A stretch of 64,000 nucleotides of DNA from an uncultured Spirochaetales bacterium (GTDB lineage Bacteria; Spirochaetota; Spirochaetia; Sphaerochaetales; Sphaerochaetaceae): contig CADBSO010000135.1 in NCBI GenBank assembly GCA_902797395.1, positions 2,085-66,084 on the forward strand. The letters are read 5' to 3'. The notes beneath the pieces are model-generated. The model saw only the letters and a list, made by a program, of their open reading frames with translations. It searched no databases and was not told the origin of the DNA. Positions 17,431-24,907 of the stretch are shown here, piece by piece. The position numbers and the translations under genes are program-made. The stretch's first letter is position 1. Each line of letters opens with the position of its first letter.

Positions 17431-17640
17431 AAGAGGTTTTTTCAACCCCCCTTCGTGCTGCTCGCTCTTTTGAACCAGGGCTTCATTTTTTCTCTTCTCC
17501 AGAAAATATGCCAATGGATTCTTCGAGAAATGTTTTTTCTTGAGAAAAGAAAAAACACTAATACATACAGTATTCCAGTATTCGCGATTTTCTCGAAGAA
17601 TGCCCTGGTTCAAAAACGGGCTTCGCATCACTTAAAACTA
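17431..17640 (+). repeat. Dispersed intergenic repeat family X, copy 1
   Basis: By-eye alignment matches 37781-37977 (same orientation) and 45455-45646 (inverted). The shared core is cttcgtgctgctcgctcttttgaaccagggcttcatttttt...tattcgcgattttctcgaagaatgccctggttcaaaa...cttcgcatc. It contains the internal inverted repeat TTTTGAACCAGGGC/GCCCTGGTTCAAAA. Confidence 0.85.
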
Positions 17641-17795
17641 TAGGCTATGTCCGAAAGTTTGACTGATAGGACAGAGCCGCAAAGCCGGAGAGGTGCTGGA
17701 GAGGCGCGCTTTGGGGCGGAAAACCTAATGCGGGATAAGGCTTCACGCCTATTCAAATGACTTTGCGATCCAAAGCGCGCATATGCGCCGCACAT
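17641..17795 (+). repeat. Dispersed structured repeat family Y, copy 1 (candidate ncRNA or REP-like element)
   Basis: It matches the reverse complement of 62449-62603 over about 155 nt with scattered substitutions. Stems seen are GGCTATGTCC/GGACAGAGCC, GCGCGCTTTGG/CCAAAGCGCGC (11 bp perfect) and the palindrome GCGCATATGCGC. Confidence 0.85.
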
Positions 17796-17829
17796 CCGAA
17801 TAAAAAGCGAAAACGCTACCGTAGGTCTT

Positions 17830-18015
17830 AAGGGCACTTCTAAAAACCTGCTGTTTGAAAATGCCTGCGGATTTTCGAGGCAGAAAAACGGCAATTTTCC
17901 TTTCCAAAAAGAAAAGGAAAACAGGAATACTGACCGTTCTCGAGGCTTTTTGCCGGTTTTATGGCCGGAAAGGCGTCTGGCAGATTCGGACTTTGAGGTT
18001 TTTAAAAGCGCCCTT
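17830..18015 (-). repeat. Repeat family Z, full-length copy A (MITE-like, 19-bp terminal inverted repeats)
   Basis: The ends are aagggcacttctaaaaacc and ggtttttaaaagcgccctt, 17/19 complementary. The whole 186 bp is the reverse complement of 19625-19810 at roughly 90% identity by eye. Its right end overlaps the TAA stop of the lipoprotein gene (18014-18016). Confidence 0.85.
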
Positions 18016-18532
18016 AAAAATGACCTATGGAAATCGCTTTCGACTCATTCCAGTTTTTTCCACCATCCTCGCTGATCTGAGAGTAGACGACATAGTTCTT
18101 GCCGCTCTTGATTCTGTATATCTTGACCAGCATCGACTGGGACACCTCAACGACTCCAGTAGCCACAACCGCAACCTTAATCGTAAATGATTCCTCTTCC
18201 TTGGCCACAACATCCATTTTAAGATTCAGTTTAACCTCAATCTCCTCTCCATCACCAACCTTGAGCTCTTCTGATTCAAGGGGAATGTCATACTGCTTTC
18301 CGAATTCGATGAACTTCAATTTCGAAATCGGATTCGACTGATCCACCTCCCCGGACATCTCGATTCCGTTTTTCCGAATTATGCCGGAAAAAGAATCAAG
18401 CTGCGACACGTCCAGCCCTATCGCCCATTTCGGAACCATTGGCTTCTCAGCGCATGAAATGATTCCAAATGCCATCATAAAACACAACAATGTTACCGCG
18501 ACAGCTGCCGCAGCGCTTTTTCCCTTTCTCAT
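18014..18532 (-). CDS. Small lipoprotein, unknown function
   Basis: I chose the start at MRKGKSAAAAVAVTLLCFMMAFGIISC (ATG 18532), preceded by GGAGGTG 6 nt upstream. The ORF track extends the ORF to 18694. Confidence 0.6.
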   Translation of the reverse strand: MRKGKSAAAAVAVTLLCFMMAFGIISCAEKPMVPKWAIGLDVSQLDSFSGIIRKNGIEMSGEVDQSNPISKLKFIEFGKQYDIPLESEELKVGDGEEIEVKLNLKMDVVAKEEESFTIKVAVVATGVVEVSQSMLVKIYRIKSGKNYVVYSQISEDGGKNWNESKAISIGHF

Positions 18533-18707
18533 AAACCACACCTCCACTGCAAAGAGGAGTTTTGAAAAAACCTCCTTGAAAATCATATCATAAGAAGCCG
18601 TGAAAAACAAACGGCCAGCGATGAACACCGAAACAAACGCATGCTCTGCGGATCCAAAATGCAACCGTCCGAAATCGTTTTTCAAAAAAAACATGAAATG
18701 CTATAAT

Positions 18708-19625
18708 ATGCGCATGAAACAAGTCATCGTTGCCATAGTAGGCAGACCATCATCGGGAAAAAGCACATTCGTAAACACAATCACTGAAAACAAGGTCAGC
18801 ATAGTCTCATCGGTTCCGCAAAGCACGCTTTCAATGGTGAAGGGAATCTATGAGAATTCCGACAAGCGCTTTGTTTTTCTAGACACCCCAGGGCTTTATG
18901 ATAGCAATGTGGAATTCAACAAGCTGCTAAGGAAGCAAAGCCTTAATGCGATAAGAGAGTGCGATTGCCTGCTCTACATGATAGATGGAAAAGACAAGAT
19001 AAAAGCCGAAGAGGAAAAGGCGGCATTCTATGTCCGCACATCAGGCAAGCCCGCCGTTGTTCTCATAAACAAAAGCGATTTGCTCGGCGATGGCGATGAA
19101 AAGCGCGTCAGAAGCTTCCTGACCTCCGCGCTTAAGGACTGCAATCAAATTCATGTCGGTTCCGCAAAAAACGATGAAGGGCTGGATGATGTCCTGAGGG
19201 CATTGGCGGAATATGCCAAGGAAATCGAATCGCCAAATCAGAATCAAAACCGTGAAGACGAAAATCCTCTTCCGGAATTTACGGAATCGCCCGTGGAATT
19301 CAGAATATCGGAAACAATAAGGGAAGCGGCATTCGGAAACCTCATGGAGGAGATACCGCATGCGATCTGCGTCATATGCGATGATATGAGCGAAAGAGAA
19401 GGAACCGTTACAATAAAAGCAACAATATACTGCGAAAGGGAAAGCCAGAAGGGAATCATAATCGGAAAAGCCGGCAACATGATAAAGAAGATAAAAAACT
19501 CGTCCATCAAAGGACTGAAATCCATATTCCCCGGGCGATATGTCGAGATAGAACTGACAGTAAAAGTCAAAAAAGACTGGAAAAGAGACAAGCGGATACT
19601 AACAAAATTGGGGCTGATATCCTGA
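18708..19625 (+). CDS. era: GTPase Era
   Basis: G1 is IVGRPSSGKSTFVN, G3 is FLDTPGL and G4 is LINKSDL, with a C-terminal KH-type region. The ORF-track N-terminal 36 codons look like a spurious extension. Candidate starts are ATG 18708 or 18714, directly after TATAAT (18702-18707). Confidence 0.85.
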   Translation: MRMKQVIVAIVGRPSSGKSTFVNTITENKVSIVSSVPQSTLSMVKGIYENSDKRFVFLDTPGLYDSNVEFNKLLRKQSLNAIRECDCLLYMIDGKDKIKAEEEKAAFYVRTSGKPAVVLINKSDLLGDGDEKRVRSFLTSALKDCNQIHVGSAKNDEGLDDVLRALAEYAKEIESPNQNQNREDENPLPEFTESPVEFRISETIREAAFGNLMEEIPHAICVICDDMSEREGTVTIKATIYCERESQKGIIIGKAGNMIKKIKNSSIKGLKSIFPGRYVEIELTVKVKKDWKRDKRILTKLGLIS

Positions 19626-19810
19626 AGGGCACTTCCAAAAACCTCAGAGTCCGAACCTGCCTGACGCCTTTCCGGCCATAAAACCGGCAAAAAGCCTCGA
19701 GAACGGTCGGTATTCCTGTTTTCATTTTCTTCTCGGAAAGGAAAATTGCCGTTTTTCCGTCTCGAAAATCCGCAGGCATTTTCAAACAGCAGTTTTTTAG
19801 AAATACCCTG
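19625..19810 (+). repeat. Repeat family Z, full-length copy B (inverted relative to copy A)
   Basis: It starts at the last base of the era stop codon (TGA-AGGGCACTTCCAAAAACC) and ends ...ttttttagaaataccct. Confidence 0.85.
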
Positions 19811-19850
19811 AATCGGATATGCAACCCCCAGCTCAAAAATCCCGGCCTTA

Positions 19851-22403
19851 CTAATGCGGTGTGGTAACAGCAGGCTCCGTCACTTCAAAAGTAATGGAAT
19901 CATCATCGGTTGTTATGACTTCCGAACCATTTGAAAGCGCTGATCCCGCAATTCTCAACCTTATGATCACAGGATCATCCGTAGCCGCCGGCTTCTCAAT
20001 GCCCTTTATGTCTATCACCAAGGAATTCCTGCTTTCATCAACAGATTGCACAACAGCATCAAATCCTTCCGGAAGAGCGGTGCCACCATCCGAAAACCAT
20101 GACAACACGGAATCCTCAGCCTTAGGACCGCCATCGCTATCCTCCTTGAATTCCACGCCAACAAGATGAACCGTTATGCTTTTGGTCTCAGGTTCGACGA
20201 CACTATCCCCTGCTGTGAATTTCACCGCCCGATCTCCAACATAAGCCGCAGGTCCGATATCAAACCTGTTATCGCTTCTTGCTTCCGCATTGATTTCCTT
20301 GCCGGATTCAAGCAGCGATCCGTCTATCCTGAACCCGCTCATCAATCCGGCATACCCGGCCTTCGGAGTTCCGGAAACCCTGATTTTCAGCACATTGTTC
20401 CTATCGCCAGCCGCAATCGCCTGAGCAGACACGATCTTGTACGGCTCGGAATCATCCGTGAATACGCCATCGGGAGGATTTATGACAAACAGCGATGCAT
20501 CAGCCGCTGTCAAATCATCATATCCGCAAAGAACCGCGCCTTTAGATAGCGGCGCCTTGAATTTATCTCCGGTAATGGTCACTATCAGAACCTGACCATC
20601 CTCGTCCGTGGATTCCTTTATAGCCCTGTCCTTAGTCCCGGTTACCTTTCCGGCAAGCCTTGCGGTTCCTGCTATATCCCACCTGACATCGTCATTAGCC
20701 GCAAGAATCTTTGAAGTGCCATCCTGCGAATCTATGCCTATTGTATATGTCTTTGCGGGAATCTTCAATTCAATCGGCTCAATCGTAGCGCTTGAAGGCG
20801 TTCCGGTTATCACAGCATCAAAGTACGTGCTATTCGCAACTATGTCCTTATCAAGAGTAGCATGAAGCCCTTCTGGAAGGACAAACCAATTGTCGAGTCC
20901 GTTATCCGTTTTTGCCTTCGCCTTGAATTTGATTGTTGAAGTCGGAGCAACGCTAACGCGAATCTTCTTCTTATCAGATGCGCCAACAGCAGTCCCCACA
21001 CGCATTCCAGACACATTCGTGCCGCCCGCATTAACAGTAGCCCTAGGCGATAGCTTTATATCAAAACTCAAGCGGTTGTTGTCGTTGTCATCGAAAACCG
21101 TGTCCTTCTCGATCTTGTCCGCAATACTGTACGACACTCCGCTGAGAAGAAAATCGGAAGACAAATCAATCCGCTTGGCATTTCTCAAAGCGGTCTCGCT
21201 GGAATCCTGAGGATCGGAAACCGTCGGAGTTCCGAATATGGTTATTATGAAGCTGCTGGCACCAGCAGGAACGCTTTCCTTAAGCTTGTATCCCAAGCCC
21301 TCAGCGAGCCCGTTTATGACAACCTTGCCGCTCAACGCGTTTGCCGATTCGGATGAAATCGCATCCTTCACATAATCCCCATCAAGCGTTATCCTGACAT
21401 CTCCGTTTATTATCGGAAGACCCTCCTGTCCCGATATGACAATCGGTGTCAACGGGACAGTCTTGGCATTTCCTGCCGTAACAACCCTCTCATCATAATC
21501 ATCACCGTTCACTTTTTTGGTTATGAGGAATCTTGCCGCGCTCGAGCTTTTAATGACGTTCTTATGAGCAAGATAATCAGAAGGTATCTCAAACATCACA
21601 TCATATGCGCCGGGAACCGCCGCATATTTCCTGGTTCCGGATGTATTCGACTTCTTCGTTGAAAAAGTCACCGTAAGCTTGTTTCTCAACGCGCCGTCCA
21701 AATCGTCCTCTCTCTCGATCACTCCAGACGCAGTAATATTCAAAGAGTCTATGGTATGCTCATTGCCATTGGCATCCATCACATAAAACCAATCCTTGAT
21801 CAATGTCTTTTCAGGAGAAGCCTCAGTCCCCCTTATGGCTCCCGTGAACTCATCCGTAATAACGTATGTCAACTTGATATCGCTCTCAGTAGCATCCGCT
21901 TCATTGGCGCTGAACCACACATAGCTCTTCCCATCGGGGTAGGATATGGATTTGAACCCATCGGTGATCTCAAGGGAGATCTTGCCTCCGGAAACCTCCA
22001 TTTCACTGTTATTATTAAATGAGTTGGCCGGAATCACTATTTTAAAATCAGTGCTACTCAAAAGCGTTTTCGTAGCTCTTTCCAAAAATCCAATCTTCAG
22101 AGCCGTCTCCCCTTTCTTTCCGCGCACATACGGTCTCATTCCAGTATTGTCATAGAAATTTCCCGTCGCATCCTTTGCGCTTGCTACGATCCAATCCGAT
22201 GCATTGGAAACCTCCACATCATTGCTCAAAGGCTGACTGACAGCGATCTCGATATCGAGCTTTTCTGCCAATGACTCGCCATATTGCATTTTAACGCTGA
22301 TCGGATCGCCCTTATACGTCACAGACAGCCCAGGTCCTTTGCAAGATAATATGCAAAACCCGAAGAGCGCCAAAGAAAGCGCAACTGCCAAAAACCTTCT
22401 CAT
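19851..22403 (-). CDS. Large surface-type lipoprotein, unknown function
   Basis: The start is at MRRFLAVALSLALFGFCILSC (ATG 22403, with GGAGG 8 nt upstream). It is about 850 aa, Thr/Ser/Asp-rich and beta-rich in style. No family was recognised. Confidence 0.6.
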   Translation of the reverse strand: MRRFLAVALSLALFGFCILSCKGPGLSVTYKGDPISVKMQYGESLAEKLDIEIAVSQPLSNDVEVSNASDWIVASAKDATGNFYDNTGMRPYVRGKKGETALKIGFLERATKTLLSSTDFKIVIPANSFNNNSEMEVSGGKISLEITDGFKSISYPDGKSYVWFSANEADATESDIKLTYVITDEFTGAIRGTEASPEKTLIKDWFYVMDANGNEHTIDSLNITASGVIEREDDLDGALRNKLTVTFSTKKSNTSGTRKYAAVPGAYDVMFEIPSDYLAHKNVIKSSSAARFLITKKVNGDDYDERVVTAGNAKTVPLTPIVISGQEGLPIINGDVRITLDGDYVKDAISSESANALSGKVVINGLAEGLGYKLKESVPAGASSFIITIFGTPTVSDPQDSSETALRNAKRIDLSSDFLLSGVSYSIADKIEKDTVFDDNDNNRLSFDIKLSPRATVNAGGTNVSGMRVGTAVGASDKKKIRVSVAPTSTIKFKAKAKTDNGLDNWFVLPEGLHATLDKDIVANSTYFDAVITGTPSSATIEPIELKIPAKTYTIGIDSQDGTSKILAANDDVRWDIAGTARLAGKVTGTKDRAIKESTDEDGQVLIVTITGDKFKAPLSKGAVLCGYDDLTAADASLFVINPPDGVFTDDSEPYKIVSAQAIAAGDRNNVLKIRVSGTPKAGYAGLMSGFRIDGSLLESGKEINAEARSDNRFDIGPAAYVGDRAVKFTAGDSVVEPETKSITVHLVGVEFKEDSDGGPKAEDSVLSWFSDGGTALPEGFDAVVQSVDESRNSLVIDIKGIEKPAATDDPVIIRLRIAGSALSNGSEVITTDDDSITFEVTEPAVTTPH

Positions 22404-22475
22404 ATCACAACCTCCGTAAAAAACCAATTCCGTGACACTTTTAAGAACCTCAAAACAGATTCCGCAAGCAGCCGA

Positions 22476-23399
22476 TCAGTCGGACGAGCCTTGAGCAGGC
22501 TTCGAAACGGACTTGGCGATTCTCATCCCTATATAGCTGGCAGTGCTGTTCGGATCCCTGCCGCGCCTATACGTGATCCGACATGAATCAGCATCCGAAT
22601 ACCAGCTTCCTCCACGAATCACATGATACCTGGGATTAAGCGGTCCCGTAGGGTTCCTGCCTTCCGACAATCTGCTCTCATATCCATCCCAACACCATTC
22701 GCAGACATTTCCGGACATATCATAAATTCCCAATTCATTCGGCTCCCTGAGCCTTCCGGAATGAAGTCCGGAAGCATTTCCATACACTCCGCCATACCAT
22801 GCGACATCATCCGCATGATCAGATCCGGAATACCTCGTACCCTTGCTCATCGCGCCACCTCTGCAGGCGTATTCCCATTCCGCCTCCGTAGGAAGCCTGT
22901 ATCCGCTTTTGGAGAAATCACATGACACATGCCTGACTTTGACGCCAAACGATTCCTGTTGCGAATCTGAAACAGGCTCCGCAATCACATAGCATGGCTC
23001 AAAACCATCCCTCTCAGACAGCCGATTGCAAAATTCCAAAGCATCATACCACGAGATATTCTCAACCGGATAATCCCCTTTCTGCTCGTGAGACGGATTG
23101 GAATTCATAACAGAGGCATACAAGCTCTGCGTCACTTCAATATCGGAAATATAGAATCCGTCAAGCGTTACGCCTACAGGCGAATTATTGTATTCATAGC
23201 CGTCGCCCATGATGAAATCTCCACCCCTCACGTAAACCAATTTCGCGGCTTTGGATACCGGCTTGACATCATCCTTCCGGCTAGCCGTTTTGGAGCATGA
23301 CAGCAATGGAAGCAAAGCCACAACCGCCGAAAGCAAAAAACAAGCCGCCGAAAACCGGAACCCTTCGCGAATGCGCAACCCTACCGCATCATGTTCCAT
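22476..23399 (-). CDS. FGE/SUMF1-domain (formylglycine-generating-enzyme-like) lipoprotein
   Basis: The lipobox is ALLPLLSC. FGE-sulfatase blocks are WYDALEFCNRLS, YRLPTEAEWEYACRGG, GNVCEWCWD and RGGSWYSDADSCR. I chose the start at MEHDAV (23399) to avoid overlap with the upstream gene. Confidence 0.8.
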   Translation of the reverse strand: MEHDAVGLRIREGFRFSAACFLLSAVVALLPLLSCSKTASRKDDVKPVSKAAKLVYVRGGDFIMGDGYEYNNSPVGVTLDGFYISDIEVTQSLYASVMNSNPSHEQKGDYPVENISWYDALEFCNRLSERDGFEPCYVIAEPVSDSQQESFGVKVRHVSCDFSKSGYRLPTEAEWEYACRGGAMSKGTRYSGSDHADDVAWYGGVYGNASGLHSGRLREPNELGIYDMSGNVCEWCWDGYESRLSEGRNPTGPLNPRYHVIRGGSWYSDADSCRITYRRGRDPNSTASYIGMRIAKSVSKPAQGSSD

Positions 23400-23437
23400 A
23401 TTCCGAAATCCCCCAAACACAGAATAGCCCCCTCCTA

Positions 23438-24907
23438 TCAATAGCACCCGATTATACCAGCGGAAAGACCATCAATGTCATTCCGCCCATCCGCAATCAT
23501 TTCAGCGGAAACCAAAGGCTCGTCATCCGCGAAGCAATCAACATCATAAAGAAACGACTGGAACGCCATTTTGTTCTCATAGTAGGAAATAATCTCGCCA
23601 AGCGAAAACGCGGACAACGAATCAAATACCATCATGGTGCTGCATCTGCCTCCATAAAACTTTCTCTTCCTATTGCCGAAAAACAAAGCAACGCTTTCCG
23701 CAATCATCTCATCCAACGCCTTTCTTTTGGTCCTGAAGCCGATCATCTCCAAAGAAAACAAAAACGTTCCCCTGTGCAATGCGGAAAAAAACGAGCGCCT
23801 GGCATGCCCGCCTTCAGCGCCAAAGCATAACTGCCCGGAATCCAAATCAACAACCTCGCCGCGCATATCGGTGTTTCTGCAATTCCCATCCATCGCAATA
23901 TGCTGCACCAAAGGCGGAAGCAATGTCAGCTCATCGGCAAAAGGAACGCACAACGATATGTTTTTCTCCTTCTTCCTGTTCTCAAAAAAACCATAAAGCG
24001 CAGCGAACATCGCAGGATTCTCAAGAATATTGCCATTCAGAGAATCATTATCCATGGACTTGGCGCCATCAAGAATCCTGCTCACAACATCATCCCCAAA
24101 TACAATGGCGTTCAAAAGAAGCGAAGCCACGCAAAGCGACGAATAGCGCTCGCATATGCTATCGTCGAAAAAGAATGATGCGGCATATCCTGAAATATCA
24201 TGAGCGGCATCAACCGATGAGACAACAGCGAAATTCCTTCTCAGTTTGATCTCATCCGATTCGGCGAAGTCAGACGCCATTTTCGCAAATACGAGGCTTC
24301 TGATGGAATCGATCTCACGCAAAACATCACTATCGCCGCGACAATCCAATATGAAAAGCGTCTGACCGCAATCAATGCCCCTCAGCTTGCCCGCCACGCA
24401 ATCCGGATCCGCCGTATCGATGAATACGACATCAGAACAGCTGACAGACCTCTTCGCAACCGAATCAAGCGCATCGAATATCAAATGCGCGGAAACGGAC
24501 GATCCGGAAAGACCGATATGAGCGAACGATGAGAATCTCCTGCCATCAAATGACCGTATGGAGCCATCACGCACCTTGCGCGCAAAATCAAAGCAGTTCA
24601 ATCTCTCAGCCCTATGAAAATCCGACTCCCTTCTTATGGTAGGACAGCCGCTGTCATTTCTGAGAGCATGGTGAAGGGCCTTGCGATCAGCATCGCTGAA
24701 AAAGGAACGCCCCTCCATGATCTGCCTGAGCTTGAAAGCCAATTGACAATAATTAGCCTGCTCCTGAAACTTGAAGGCCAGCGCGCGATCGATCTCAGTC
24801 TGGCTGTAGTAGTAGGCATAATCCCCCTGCCTTATGGAGCATTCCGCAACCCTCTGCTGGAAAGCGCTGACCTTATCAGCATCCAAATCCAGAGGAAGGC
24901 TATTCAC
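23438..24907 (-). CDS. Phosphoglucose-isomerase-family protein with substituted catalytic and substrate motifs (PGI-like)
   Basis: 489 aa. It is collinear with PGI: ALRN, G(L)SGS for GIGGS, CERYS for GGRYS, MDGNCRN for MESNGK and GAEGGHARRSFFSALHRG for GEPGTNGQHAFYQLIHQG. See the finding. Confidence 0.55.
   Translation of the reverse strand: MNSLPLDLDADKVSAFQQRVAECSIRQGDYAYYYSQTEIDRALAFKFQEQANYCQLAFKLRQIMEGRSFFSDADRKALHHALRNDSGCPTIRRESDFHRAERLNCFDFARKVRDGSIRSFDGRRFSSFAHIGLSGSSVSAHLIFDALDSVAKRSVSCSDVVFIDTADPDCVAGKLRGIDCGQTLFILDCRGDSDVLREIDSIRSLVFAKMASDFAESDEIKLRRNFAVVSSVDAAHDISGYAASFFFDDSICERYSSLCVASLLLNAIVFGDDVVSRILDGAKSMDNDSLNGNILENPAMFAALYGFFENRKKEKNISLCVPFADELTLLPPLVQHIAMDGNCRNTDMRGEVVDLDSGQLCFGAEGGHARRSFFSALHRGTFLFSLEMIGFRTKRKALDEMIAESVALFFGNRKRKFYGGRCSTMMVFDSLSAFSLGEIISYYENKMAFQSFLYDVDCFADDEPLVSAEMIADGRNDIDGLSAGIIGCY

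Noticed and set aside
17413-17894. Small ORFs inside the X/Y/Z repeats. These are 17413-17631, 17628-17894, 17855-18190, 19567-19836 and 37597-37950, which share peptides such as QKSEQHEG.
   Set aside because: The repeat copies differ by indels that are not multiples of three. Copy 3 at 45455-45646, for example, changes frame within the conserved block, so the shared peptides are by-products of DNA repeats and not conserved coding sequence.
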